From assembly GCF_963921235.1 (NCBI RefSeq), contig NC_086097.1, positions 49,292,001 to 49,356,000 of the forward strand: DNA of 64,000 bases, in the 5' to 3' direction. Origin of the DNA: Mobula hypostoma. Taxonomy: Eukaryota. Below are positions 24,397 through 37,698 of the stretch, piece by piece. The notes under the pieces were generated by a model. That model made no database searches. It saw only the letters and a program-made list of their open reading frames with translations, and had not been told where the DNA came from. Made by a program: the position numbers and the translations under genes. Numbering within the stretch: the stretch's first letter is position 1; each line of letters begins with the position of its first letter.

Positions 24397-25812
24397 TATA
24401 TTCAGCCCCCATGACTATTTTCACATTTTACTATCTCATTTTTAAAATTTGAAGTAGGATATTTGAGCCAGTCTACAAAACATTGTGCATTGTGTCAAAT
24501 CAAAATAAAAATGCCAAAACCTGACAACGATTTACAAAAATTAAGAACCAAAATTGAGAAGCTGAAAAAGTATTCATCCCCTTTGTAATAACTATACTAA
24601 CTTTCCTCAGGTACAATACTGTATATTACCCAATTTGTTGATGTAGAAAATAGGAGGATCACCTGAATAAATACTCCCTCTCTCTGTAAGGTCCAACAGT
24701 ATGGGAGATTTTCAACAGAGCAAATCAAAATACAGACAAAAGAGCATTCAAGGCAGGTCGGGGAAATGATAATAGGGAAGCACAGATCTGGGGGAAGGAG
24801 ACAAGACCACCTCAAATGCAGTGGAAATACGTCAGAGCTCAGTGCAGTCCATCATGAAAAGGTGAGAAAAATATAAATACCGTCTAAGCTACCGGAGAAG
24901 AACTACATTTGTAAGAGAGGCTACTGTGATGCCAACGGTCACTCTGAGTGAGATGCAGAAATCAGTGGCTGCAACTGGAAATGAAGTTCATGGCTCCACA
25001 ATCTCTAAGGCCTTACTCAGAAAGGAAGAAGCCCTGACCAAGAAAAAAATATATCCTTGTTCGTAAAGACTTTGCAAAATGTCGCTTAGGAGATACCATA
25101 AAGATGTGGAAGAAGGTCTTGTGGTCAGATGAGATAAAGTAGAACATTTTGGCCTCAACACTAAGCAGTACATGTGGCATAAATCTAATACTGCGCATCA
25201 GTCAGTTAAGACCATCCCATTGTAAAGTATGGCGGAGGTAGCATCATGGTATAACATGCTTTTCAGCAGCAGGAACTGGAAATCTGGTCAGGGTTGACGA
25301 GAAAATGAATGCTGCTAAATACAAAGGGATCCTGGATAAAAACCTGCTAGCCTCTTGCCAGAAAGCTTAAACTGGGGAGGAAGTTTGTCTTTCAGCAGGA
25401 CAATGACCCAAAGCACCATGAGTCCTTGAGTGGCCCAGTCAGAGTCCTGACCTTAACCCGATAGAACATCTCTGGCAAAACCTCAAGATTGCTGTCCACT
25501 GCTCCACAACCCACCTGGCACAACATAAGCAATTTTGCAAGGGGGAATGGGCAAATCTCACTCCATCACATTGTACAAAGCTAATAGAGACTTATCCAAA
25601 AAGACAACCGGCTGCAATAGCTGTGAGAGGTGGTTCAACTAAATACTGAGCAAAGAGAGTTGAGGACTTTTGAACTGTTGATAATTCAGTTTTTGAATTT
25701 TCAGTTCTTCATACTTTGCAATTTTCCCTGTTTTGGGGCTGTACTATGAAAAAAGGAGCATGTGATTCATAAATAAAAATTCTCAGTTAAATTGATCAGA
25801 ATCCCTGGTTGT
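24397..25812 (+). mobile_element. Degenerate Tc1 transposon
   Basis: TKEHSRQV, VLWSDE, QDNDPKH, SPDLNPIEHLW, STKY* remnants at ~24730-25649; termini eroded. Confidence 0.82.
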
Positions 25813-26075
25813 ATACTCATTTTATATACAGTATATATACATACACATTTATTTTTATTATTTACAGTATCTATAAAAAGTATTTACCTGCCTTGGAAGT
25901 TTTTAGGTTTTTTTGTTTCATAACATTGAATAACAGTAGATTTAATTTGGCTTTTTTTGACACTGATCAACAGAAAAAGGCTCAAATTGAAAACAGATCT
26001 CTGAAAAGAGACCAAAACTAATTACAAATATAAAACACAAAATAATCGATTGCATAAGTATTCACTCCCTTCAAG

Positions 26076-27078
26076 TCAGTATTTAGTAGATGCACCTTTG
26101 GAGGTAATTACAGCTTGAGTCTGTGTGGATAGGTCTCTATCAGCTTTGCACATCTGGACACTGCAATTTTTTCCCCATTCTTCTTTACAAAACTGCTCCA
26201 GCTCTGTCAGATTGTATAGGGATTGTGAGTGAACAGCCCTTTTCGAGTCCATCCACAAATTCTCAATTGGATTGAGGTCTGGACTCTGGCTTGGCCACTC
26301 CAGGATATTAACTTTGTTTTTAAGCCATTCCTGTGTAGCTTTGGTTTTATGCTTGGGGTCATTGTCTTGCTGGAAAACAAGACACTGTTCTCTTGCAGAC
26401 TGCATCAGGTTTTCCTCCAAGATTTCCCTGTATATTGCTGCATTAATTTTACCCTCCACTTTCCCAAGCCTTCCGGGGCCTGCTGCAGTGAAGCATCTCC
26501 ACAGCATGATGCAACCACCATCATGCTTCACAGTAGGGATGGTGTGTTTTTGATAATGTGTAGTGTTTGGCTAACACCAAACATAGCCTTTAGTCTGATG
26601 GCCAAAAAGCTCAATTTTGATTTCATCCTACCCTAGAACCTTCTTCCGGCTGGCTTCAGAATCACCCAAATGCCTTCTGGCAAACTCAAGCCAAAATATC
26701 ATGTGAGATTCTTTTTTCCAACAGTGGCTTTCTCTTTGCCACTCTCCCATTAAGTTGCAACTGTTGAAACACCTGGGCAACAGTTGTTCTAAGTGCAGTC
26801 TCTCCCATCTCAGCTACTGAAACCTGTAACTCCTCCAGGATTATTATAAGTCCTTTAGGGCCTCCCTCACTAGTCATCTTGCACAGTCACTCAGTTTTTG
26901 AGGACAGCCTGCTCTAGGCAGATTTACAGCTGTGCCTTATTCTTTCCATTTCTTGATGATTGACTTAACTGTACTCCAAGGGATATTCAGTAACCTGGAA
27001 ATATTCTTCTATCCATCTCCTGACGTACTTTTCAATAACATTTTTTCAGAGTTACTTGAAGTGTTCTTTTGTCTTCAT
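26076..27078 (-). pseudogene. Tc1 DD34E transposase pseudogene
   Basis: MKTKEH start; KHDGGCIMLW, QQDNDPKH, WPSQSPDLNPIENLW, STKY* with frameshifts and stops. Confidence 0.88.
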
Positions 27079-27228
27079 GGTGTAGTTTTTGCCAGGATAC
27101 TGACTCACCAGCAGGTGGACCTGTCTGTCTGTCTGTATCTTGTTTTACGGCAGTTGGCATCCAGCTTAATGGTGCATTACCGCCACCCTCTGCTCCAGAA
27201 TGTGCACTAGACATACATTCTAAATCCC

Positions 27229-27229
<1 letters not shown>

Positions 27230-27264
<35 letters not shown>
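27230..27264. repeat. (CA)n microsatellite in the LINE 3' UTR
   Basis: Direct inspection. Confidence 0.95.
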
Positions 27265-27268
<4 letters not shown>

Positions 27269-27331
27269 CCTACACTTCACCCTCCCATCTTTGACCATCC
27301 TAGTATCCTATTCCTGTTTATTCGTCATATT

Positions 27332-30300
27332 CTATAAAAAAACCCCTGTACCCCTTAAAAACACTAAAAATACCCGGACTTGTGCTCTCTCACCCATGCC
27401 CAGCAACCCTTTTAATGTGAATTCCTGCATCCCCAACTCCCTTAATTTATTTCTCATCATCTCTCTCTGTATCCCATACTTCCTGCAACTCAGAACTACA
27501 TGTTCTACTGACTCCTCTTCCTGACATTCCTCACACAATCCTGTCTGGTGTTTCCCCATCATTTTCAATGTTTTGTTTAATGCACAGTGCCCCAGCTTTA
27601 ACCTAGTCCACACAATTCCCTCTCTTCTGTTTCCATTACCTACCCTAGTAACTGCAACACTCTTTTGTATTTGATATAAATGCCTCCCTTTCCCCCCCCG
27701 TCCCATCTTTCTTGCCACATTCGGTTGACTTTTTCCCAGATTACACACTTAACCTCTGCTTTACTGATACTAATGTGCATTTCCACATTTTCTTTCTTTA
27801 ACGCTCTCTTTGCCAACTCATCCACCCTCTCATTCCCCTTCACCCCTACATGTGCTGGAACCCATAGAAATTTTACCTGACCTCCCTGATTTGCAATTCT
27901 TGTAACTAACTGAAGGACTTCATAAAGTACATCTTGCCGACTGTTTGAGTGAAAAGACCTTAAACTTGCTAGAACTGAGGATGAATCTGAACATATCAAT
28001 GCTTTGGATGGTCTGGCTTTCTGCACCCATTGCAACGCAACCAACACTGCCAGCATCTCCACTGTAAACACCCCTAACTTATTAGATGTTCTTCTGCTGA
28101 TTCCAATTTCTTTTTCTGGTATTACCACCCCAAACCCTGTCACTCCTGTTTCAGGTTCCTTCGCACCATCTGTATAAATGTGAGTATAATCACTATACTT
28201 TTCCATCACATGACAGTTAAATGCATTTACCAAATCTGTTTTATATCTTTCTTTCCTTTTTACCTCTAACAAATGCCAGTCTATGTCAGGCCATACAAGC
28301 TTCCATGGAGCTACAACCGGATAAACTACTGAAGAACTTACCCTCAGATCAAACACTCCACATTCTTTCGCGATATCATTCCCTACCCGACTAAAGGTAT
28401 CCCTCTGAAACCTCCCATTTTCCCAGTACTCCTGCAACACTCCTTTAGTAGGGTGAGAATCATTGTGCCCCTGCAAGTTAGCCCAGTAGTTTGCCATCAG
28501 TTGCATCCTTCTTAGTTCCAAAGGCATTATTCCCATTTCTACCTGTAGGGCTGACACTGGTGACGTTTTAAAAGCCCCACTGCACACTCTCAAAGCCTGA
28601 GCCTGAATCACATCCAGTTTCCTTATAAGAGACCTAGCTGCTGATCCATATACTATATTTCCATAATCCAATACAGATCTTACTAAAGCCACATACATTC
28701 TCTTCAAAGCTGAACAACTTGCTCCCCATTCCCTACCAGTCAAACATCTCATCACATTTATTACTTTTTTACATTTCTCCTCAACTTTCCTGATATGGTC
28801 TGCCCATGTTAATCATGAATCAAATATAACTCCCAGAAATTTAAATGATGCAACCCTTTCTAATTCAACCCCATACATCCTTAACTTCTTCCCTACCTCA
28901 ACCCTTTTCCTGGTAAAAAATACAGTTTGAGTTTTATCTACTGAAAATCTACATCCCCAATCATAACCCCACTCCATCACTTCATCAATTGCTTCTTGTA
29001 GTTTCCTGATTATATAGTCCATGTTCCTGCCTCTTTTCCACAAGGCCCCATCATCCGCAAACAGTGACCTATCTATATCCACTGGTACCTTTGTGAAGAC
29101 ATCATTGATCATAATGATGAAAAGTAATGGGCTAATCACACTACCTTGAGGTGTGCCATTTTCCACTATGTACTGTTTTGATAATTCTGATCCAATCCGA
29201 ACTTGAATTTTTCTACCAAACAAAAAATCTTTAATCCAATTAAAAACTCTCCCACCAACCCCCATCTTGTGCAGTTTAATTAATAATCCTTCCTTCCACA
29301 TCATATCATAGGCTTTTTCAATGTCAAAGAACACTGCCACTACTGACTCTCTATTTGCCTGGGCCTTCCTTATTTCAGTCTCTAACATAATCACTGAGTC
29401 CATGGAATTCCTTCCCTTTCTAAAACCACTCTGATAACTTGCCAGCATTCCCCTTTTCTCAAGCTCATATGATAACCTTTCTGTTATCATCCTTTCCATT
29501 ATCTTACATATACTTGATGTTAATGCAATTGGTCTGTAGCTAGTGGGTTTTGACAGATCCTTGCCAGGCTTCCTTATTGGAATTACTACTGCTTCTTTCC
29601 ATGCACTTGGTAATCTTCCATCCTCCCACACTCTGTTATAAAAATGCAGCAACTTCAAGAGTGCTCCTTCTCCTAGATTTTTTAGCATCACAGAGCATAT
29701 CAGATCTTTCCCTGGGGAGGTTGGTCTCGATCTCTTTATTGCTCTCACCATTTCTGCTAATGTAAATGGATCATCAATTATATCATCTGTTCCTTCCCTC
29801 CTGCTTAACACACCTGGGTGTTGGCTCATTATTCTTTCCCTCCTCCTTCTCCCTTCTTCAGACAAATTTTCTGAACTGTGTATCAGTACAAATGACTTGG
29901 CCATGACCTCAGCCTTATCCCTACTGGAGACTGCAGTTTCCTCCTCAGATATCATTACTGGATATTCCCATTCCCTTCTATCTCCTCCCATCCTCTTAAT
30001 CATTCCCCATATCTCTCCCACAGGTGTTGTTCTTCCTACCTTGTCGCAAAAACTCCTCCAACTTGCCCTTTTAGCTTGACGTATAGTTCTTCTCACCACT
30101 GCCTGTGCTTTCTTATATTGAACCAAATGCTGCATATTATGGGTTCTTTTAACTAGCCTGAATGCTCTATTTCTGTTTTTTACAGCCTGACAACATTCCT
30201 CTGTCCACCATGGTACCAGTTTTCTATTCATCCTATTTTTACTCCTAGGTATAGACCCTTCTGCTGCCATGATAATTGCTGAAGTCACCTGACTGTTTAA

Positions 30301-31080
30301 TTCATCTACATTTCCAGAAATATCAATCTTTGTCAACCTTTCTTCACTCAACTTCTGGAACTTACCCCAATCAGCTTTTTCAAACACCCACTTTGGGGTT
30401 CCGCCACCTGGTCTTACTTCAACTCTTTCACCCACTGAACACAAAACTGGGTAGTGATCACTGCCTACTGTTGAAGCAGTCCAAACTCCCCAGTTACTAA
30501 TGCCAGCCAAGGTATTAGACACTAACGTAATATCTAACACTGACTCAGTTCCTGTTGTTATATCTATCCTTGTGCCGCTACCATCATTCATACACACCAA
30601 ATCCCTTTCTTCCATCAAATCTTCAATTACCTTTCCATTTGGATCTGTAATCTGATCCCCCCATATTGTGCTATGAGCATTGAAATCTGCACACCACACT
30701 ACTTTATGTCTATTTTGTCCTTGTATCTTTAATAGGCTGTCCAAATCCAACCTTTTACATGGATTGTAGTAGTTAATTATAACCACTCCCTCCCCTCTCT
30801 CCCACACTTCCACCACTATGTATTCCTGATCATCTCCTTTCTCCAGTACCCTATATGGTATACCTTGCTTGATTAACATAGCACAACCCCCTCCTCCCCC
30901 TAGATTTCTATCTTTCCTTATCATTGTATACCCATATACCACAAAGTCTAAAGTTGGTTTCAACCAAGTTTCCTGAATACACACTACATCCGGTTTTACA
31001 ACCATTTCTTTAATAAAGTGCTTGAATTCCTGGCTATTGGCCAGTAAGCTCCTTGCATTCCATTGTAAAAGAATCACCAT
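27332..31080 (-). pseudogene. LINE ORF2: APE endonuclease, RT, RNase H, CCHC (nonsense at 28813, frameshift near 27695)
   Basis: LQWNARS, IQETWL, DFNAH, SDHYP; YRPIALTS, FFDIEKAYD, GTPQGS, LFADD; IYTDG, ICSDS, WVPAHVGVKGNERVD; CEEC..HVVLSC. Confidence 0.93.
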
Positions 31081-31088
31081 AATTAGTA

Positions 31089-32317
31089 TTAACCAACACA
31101 TGACACTTCCTGGCTTGACTGATTACTGAGGTTCTCCCTCACTTCCTCCCATGTCAGTCCTACTAACCCTAAATGGTTTACTGCTGCTTTTACCACCAGC
31201 TGAATTTTGTCACTTTTTGACTTTACCTCAGCAGTACATTAATCACTCCTGCAATGAATGTTACTAGAGCCTTTTTGTCTACATAAATCCTGTCATTTGT
31301 TCTTTGTTGCATCTCTCGTATCCCTATTGCTCCCTGTTCATTAGGAGCATTTTTCTGTTCTCTTGACATTCTTACAGCTTCTGCATAAGTGATCTTTCTT
31401 TTCACTCTTATTTCTTGAATTTTAGTCTCCCGTCTCACAACCTCACACCCACTATATGCAACATTATGAGCTCCTCCACAATTGCAGCATTTTGGTTGAA
31501 CTCCTGTTCCGCACTTTCCATATTCATGATCACCCCCACATCTAGCACATCTCCTCTGCCTTTTACAGTTTTTAGCCACGTGTCCAAACCTTTGACAATT
31601 ATAGCACCTCAATGGCTTTGGCACATACACCCTTACTGGGTAACTCATGAAACCCAGGAACACCTTCCTTGGCACTCTTTCTTCTTCAAATTCAATCAAT
31701 ACTGATTCACTTTCTTTTTTCACTCCCTCCTTTGTTGTTTTCAGTCTTTGAACATTCATTACTTCCCCTCCTTTGATATTCCTCTTGATCTCCTCCATAT
31801 TTATACTCATTGGTATCCCCGTGATCACTCCTTTACAACCACTGTTTTGTGCTCCCACCCTCCCAGTGTATTCCATCTTGCATTTTCCTATCTCTTTTAG
31901 CTTGAGTGCTTTCTCAAGTTGTTCCTCATTCGCACATCTTACCAATAAGTTGCCATCATTAAGGACTTTTGCAAATACTATTTCCCCTATCTTATTTGTC
32001 AGAGTTGTTGTTAGCACAAACGGGTTAATTTTCTTCATATATCCCTGAGCCTTCTCATTAAACCTAATTATGACACCACCTCTCTGAGCTTGTTCATCTT
32101 CCTCACTTTCAGAGCTTTCTCCACTATCATTTCTTATTCTTTTATTCCCTTTGTCTTGGTTTTTATTCATCCGACCCCTCACTACCTCCTCATTCCCTTT
32201 ATTTCTCCCTTCACAATAATCCACCTCTCCCCAGCTGCCTACCTCTGGTCCCAAGTCTCTATCCCTCTCCTTCTCCACTTTCTTTCCCTCAACCCCGCCT
32301 CTTATCTTGTCCGCCAT
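31089..32317 (-). pseudogene. LINE ORF1, gag-like with CCHC zinc knuckles (one frameshift near 31238)
   Basis: CYNCQRFGHVAKNC, CARCGGDHEYGKC, CCNCGGAHNVAYSGC; the C-terminus TAEVKSKSDKIQ...VSCVG* continues in another frame to TAA at 31089; the start codon (32317 vs 32404) is uncertain. Confidence 0.85.
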
Positions 32318-32628
32318 TACCGGACCCACACAACCCCCTCCCAGCAATTTCCATTCCTTCTCCACTCTCTTTCCCTCAACAGGTTCCAAAACACACTCAC
32401 GCATCTGCCAGCAGGTGGACCTTCCAGGTACAGGTGTATTTTTACTACAATCAATTGAAACACCTTGACTGCACACAGGTGATCCCCACTTGACTAATTA
32501 TGTGACTTCCAAAACCAATTGGCTGCACCAGTGATGATTTGGTGTTTCATATTAAAGGGAGTGAATACGTATGCAATCAATTATTCTGTGTTTATATTTG
32601 TAACTACTTTAGATCACATTGTAGAGAT

Positions 32629-34865
32629 AACTGAGAGGCTAGTGTACCTCTTGGAAAGTAGAGGTATGGTGGCTACATATCAAAGTGGGTACAGGAAAGG
32701 AAGGAATACTATGGATCCAGTGTTGTGTCAAGAGGATGAAATAAGAAAAGTTCAAATAACTAAAGAGACAGTGGTTGCAGTTTTTTTTGACGTTGAGAAA
32801 GCTTATGATCTGTTATGGAATGAGGGGCTCCTAATCAAGCTATGTTTAATGGGAATGGGGGGGTGGTGTTCAATTGGGTTAAGGACTTTTTAAATGGGAG
32901 AACTATTCAGGTGAAGATAGGATCAGAGCTATTAAGTCAGTATATTGTAGAAAATGGGATGCCTCAGGGGAGTGTGGTGAGTCCAACTTTATTCTCCATT
33001 TTGATAAATGATATATTTGTAAATATTCCAATGGAAGTGGGGAGGTCATTGTTTGCAGATGATGGGGCTTTGTGGAAAAGAGGGAGAAATATTGAATGTA
33101 TAGTTATGAAAATGTGAGATGGAATTAATCAAGTTGAAGAGTGGGGAACAAAGTGGGGTGTTAAATTTTCAGTGAAGAAAACAAAAGCCATATTCTTTAC
33201 AAGGAAAAAGCTTGGGGGACTTAATTTGAATCTGTATGGAAGTAACCTGGAGAGAGTTGAAAGTTTTTGGTTTTTGGAAGTGCACTTTGACTTGAGATTA
33301 ACATGGAGAGAACATGTTAGATATGTAGTTACTAAATGTAAAAATGTGATAAATGTCATGAGGTGTCTTGCTGAATTGGGGTGCTGATTTTGCATCACTG
33401 AGGTATACTTATGTGGTGTTAGTAAGATCAAGATTAGACTATGGAAGTATTGTATACGGGTCAGTAGCAAAACCTGTACTAGCAGAACTGGATATCATGC
33501 AAGCTCGGGCTCTAAGGGTGTGCTTGGGAGCGGTTAGAATTTCCCCAGTGTGTGCACTCCAAGCTGAAGCAAATGAAATGTCATTGGGGCTGTGGAGTAA
33601 ACAGCTGGAGGCCAATTACTGGATTAACTTAAGGGGGCATGGCGATAGCCATCCTACAAAAAGGGTGTTGCAGACATGCTGGGAGAAGGAGAGGACACAA
33701 AAAGAAAGTTTTGGCTGGACAGGAGAGCAAACAGCAAAAGATATGGGTGTATACGATAAAGAGTTTTGTCCAAGTGTGGTGTGGCCTGTCAGACCTTTCT
33801 GGGTATTAGAAAATCCCTCTGTAGATTTGGAATTGCTTAAGATTAAACACAGTAATAAGATGGCTGATATACTCAGTGAATATCATAGTTATAGGAAATG
33901 TAATTATAAACACATACAGATTTTTACGGATGGATCAAAGGATCCAGAAACAGGTGCAACAGGGTCTGCAATTGTTGTAGCAAGTTATCAAGTGGAAATT
34001 AGCAAGAGAATGCTTGATTGCTTGAGTGTATATGCAGTTGAAATGTTTGCCATATTGTTAGCACTAGAATGGAGTGAGCAGGTTGATTGTAATAATATTG
34101 TGATATGTAGCGATTCTGTATCGGCCCTTGCAAGCATTAAGGTGGGTACAGCTAGAGGTCACCAGGATCTGCTTCATGAAATCCTGTTTGCAAATTCAAG
34201 ACTGGCTAGACAAGGCAAAAATATTGCATTCATGTGGGTTCCAGCACATTCAGGTATTACGGGAAATGAGACAGCAGATAGGCCGGCAAAAGCAGCAGTC
34301 AAAAAAGGATCTATAGAGGTCAATATTAAACTATCAAAATCAGAGGGGAAGAGCATAGTGTGGAGAAGGATAAATCAACAGTGGCAGCAGCATTGGGATA
34401 GAGCAATAAAAGGAAGATATTTACATTCAATTCAGAACAGAGTAGGTATGGGAAGAAGTAGGGGAGTAAAGCGGAAAGAGCAAGTAATTATAAGTAGACT
34501 GAGAATTGGGCACAGTAACCTTAATGGAACTCCAGCCATCATAAATAAACATCCAACAGGTTTTTGCGATCTATGTCAGGAGACTGAAACACTAGAGCAT
34601 ATCCTTATTTCATGCAGGAAATTTGCACAGGAAAGACAACAAATGTTACAACAACTACGCAAAATAGGACTGGTAGAGAACAGTGTTAAAGGTTTATTGG
34701 AACATGGGGAAAGTGATCAGGGGAGGAAATGGTTGATTAGTTTTTTAATGGTGACGGGACTGGAAAGATGGCTTTAAAATGAATGGACAATGAGGGACAA
34801 TAAATCCTGTAGATGGCAGTAATGCAACACAGTGGATGCCAACTGCCGTAAAAACTCAAGGAAGA
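32629..34865 (+). mobile_element. 5'-truncated I-group (Nimb-like) LINE (RT, RNase H, CCHC) inserted in the Tc1 TIR
   Basis: FFDVEKAYD, GMPQGS, LFADD, IFTDGSKD, WVPAHSGITGNETAD, CDLC..HILISC; 18-bp TSD with 3 mismatches at 32611-32628 and 34866-34883. Confidence 0.9.
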
Positions 34866-36747
34866 AGATTACTTTGAAGAGATTTGTTTTCACTTTGGCA
34901 CAAAAGAGTCTTTTTCTGTTGATTAGTGTCAAAAAAAGCCAAATTAAATCCACTGGGATTCAATGCTGTAAAACAATAAAACATGAAAACTTCTGGGGGC
35001 GGGGGTATGAATACTTTTTATAGGCATTGTATAAACAGTATTTTATAAATTGTATTTATTATAAACAGTATTTTACATGCAACTACTATATAGACATCCA
35101 CAGCATGGTAAATTTTAAATTGCCCTTTCAAGTCTAAAAATTTAATCGCTGTGGATGATTTCTTACTCTTGTGGGATAATGTCTTTCCTGACAACCAGAG
35201 TCATCTGCTTGGCAGGTGAGACTTGTGGCTATGAAACAATCTCAGGCCCAGGGGCCTTCCCCATGATGGTTATAGGAGTTGACTCTTGGACTGCAGGAAG
35301 TGATACTGACAGATCTGGACACCTTTCTTCTGGACATGTTGGCATCCTGAACAGTGCATGGCAAGCTGTGTGATCTACTGATCTAACCCCAGTCACCAGA
35401 CAAAGCTTTGAACCAACGCTTTCATTTTGACCACACTAGATGACTAACATTTTAGTTCTCAAGTTGGATGTTACAAAAATTCTCAATCCTCAGATAAGGC
35501 AACCTCCATCAAGGGCAAGTTCATTGCCCTTGGGAGAACTGGAATTTCTGATGCACATTCCAGCCATCTGGGGTGAACATAGAACAGAGAGAAATTTACA
35601 GCACATTACAGGCCCTTCGGCCCACAAAGTAGTGCCCACAATGTAACCTATGTGGTCATGTAGACCTAAGATAATGTGGAGTCTTTTCTGACTATCATCT
35701 CTGCCCTTCCAGGGAGACTTTTGAATTGTATTAAGGAGAATATGTCCAGAAGACTGTCCTCTTTTGTAAATTTTTCAGGTATTTTCTTCTCCGAGGGTAA
35801 ACAGGACAACCCATCAGCATTTCCATGATTAGTTGTCCTCTTGAATTTGACCTTGTAATTGTGTCCTTCAGGAAACAGAGCCCATCTCTGCGTTCATCCC
35901 ACTGTTGCTAGTGGAACACCTTCTGCGGGTTGAAAATGGACACCAGTGACTGATGATCAGTAATGAGGTTAAATTGGTTCAAATGTTTTATGCCCCAAAC
36001 TAACCTCAAGGCCTCTCTATTAATCTGAGTATAGTTTTTCTCTGCAGTGGTAAGGGAACGCGATGCAAAGGCTGTGGGGCGTTCACTTCCAACAATCATA
36101 ATATGTGACTTGACTGCACCTATAACATAAGGCGAGATGACACAGGCAAGCTTCACTTGACAATGTGGATCATAATGTGTGTGTACGGTGTCTGATGTCA
36201 TCATTTTCTTTACCTTTTGGAAAGCCACCTCACACTATTTAGTCAGTTGCTATTTCTTCCTGATCTGTAGTAATGAGTTCACAGTAGCCAGGATTGGCAG
36301 GAACCTGTTATAGTAATTGACAAATCCTAAAAATGACTGCACCTGTGACATGTCCTTTGGCCTTGGGACATCCACCACTGCTTGAATTTTCACAGCACAC
36401 ATGTGTAACGCTTGTGTGTCAATGATATGCCCACAGTAAGCAAATTAGAATTTGATCTTGCACCTATGTGCTTGAAGCATCAGGGCCCATTTCTGCATTT
36501 GTGCTGCTACTGTATGGATCTACTTTTGGTACTGGGTCAATGGTGATCTTAAGATCACCTGAGATCCCGACAGACCCATTCTTCATGGCTACTGGGAGCA
36601 CTGGTGTTGCCCATGGGCTCCATTCAACCTTGGAAAGTATTCCTTCAGCCTCCATGCGATCTAGCTCACTGGCTACTTTATCAGAAGTGGTAAGGAACTG
36701 GGTGGGCTTCATAAAAATGGTATTACATTTTTGTTTAACACCGGTAA

Positions 36748-37698
36748 ACCCTCTCCAGCATTGAGCACATCTGCACTGAGAGTGTTGTCGCAGGAAAGCA
36801 GCATCCATCATCAGGGACCTGCACCACACAGGCTATGCTCACTTCACTGTGCTGCCATCGGGAAGATGGTACAGGAACCTCAGGACTCACACCACTAGGT
36901 TCAGGAACAGTTACTATCCCTCCCCCATCGGGCTCCTGAACCAAAGGGGATAACTACACTCAACTTCACTTGCCCCACCAGTGAAATATTTCCACAGCCA
37001 ATAGACTCACTTTCAAGGACTCTTCATCTCGTGTTCTCAATACTTATTGCTTATTTATTTATCATTATTATTATTTCTTCGTTTTGTACTTGAAGTTTGA
37101 TGTCTTCTACACACTGGTTGAATGTCCCATTTGGGTGGTCTTTCATTGATTCAAAGGTTTCAAAGGTACGTTGAATGTCAGCGAAATGTATACAATACAC
37201 ATCCTGAAATACTTTTTCTTTGCAAGCATCCATGAAAACAGAGGAGTGCCGCAAGAATGAATGACAGTTAAATGTTAGAACCCGAAAGCTACCCCCCAAC
37301 TCCCCTCCCTCTCGTGCCTAAGTGGCAGCAAGCAACGATCCTCCCTCTCCCACCAGCAAAAAGAAGCATCAGCACCCATCACCGAGCACTCAAGCGTGCA
37401 GCAAAAGCAACAGCAAAGACACAGGCTTGCAGTACCCAAAGACTACGTGTTCACCTGGTATTCGACGTACCACAGGTTCTCTCTTTCCTTAATAAGGGAG
37501 AAAAAGATATCTCTATTTCACAGCGAGAGGGGAGACATAACAAACAACTCGCTGGTTTATGATGTTAAAAGTCCGTAATGGTTTCTGTTATGGTTATTTT
37601 TCTATAGATTTATTGAGAATGCCCACAAGAAAATGAACCAGGGGGTTGCATACAGTGATATATATGTAGCTTGAATAATAAAATGTACTTTGAACTTT
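36748..37698 (+). mobile_element. Rex1-like 3' fragment with a nested antisense retroposon at ~37151-37577
   Basis: GTCGCAGGAAAGCAGCATCCATCATC..TTCAGGAACAGTTA..GACTCACTTTCAAGGACTCT..AATAAAATGTACTTTGAAC. Confidence 0.7.

Larger units (their letters stand above)
27123..32407 (-). mobile_element. Full-length I-group (Nimb-like) LINE with RNase H
   Basis: Perfect 15-bp TSD CCAGCAGGTGGACCT at 27108-27122 and 32408-32422; (CAGA)n tail; two ORFs with few lesions. Confidence 0.93.
25865..35029 (-). mobile_element. Tc1 transposon with ~200-bp long TIRs, interrupted by two LINEs
   Basis: TA-CAGT.. at 25863 and ..CATTG-TA at 35029; inner TIR ends TTGCATAAGTATTCACTCCCTT / AAGGGAGTGAATACGTATGCAA; transposase 27078 to 26076. 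Confidence 0.88.

Noticed and set aside
32408..32476. N-terminal extension of the 417-aa ORF1
   Set aside because: Lies outside the LINE TSD, in Tc1 sequence; chance open frame.
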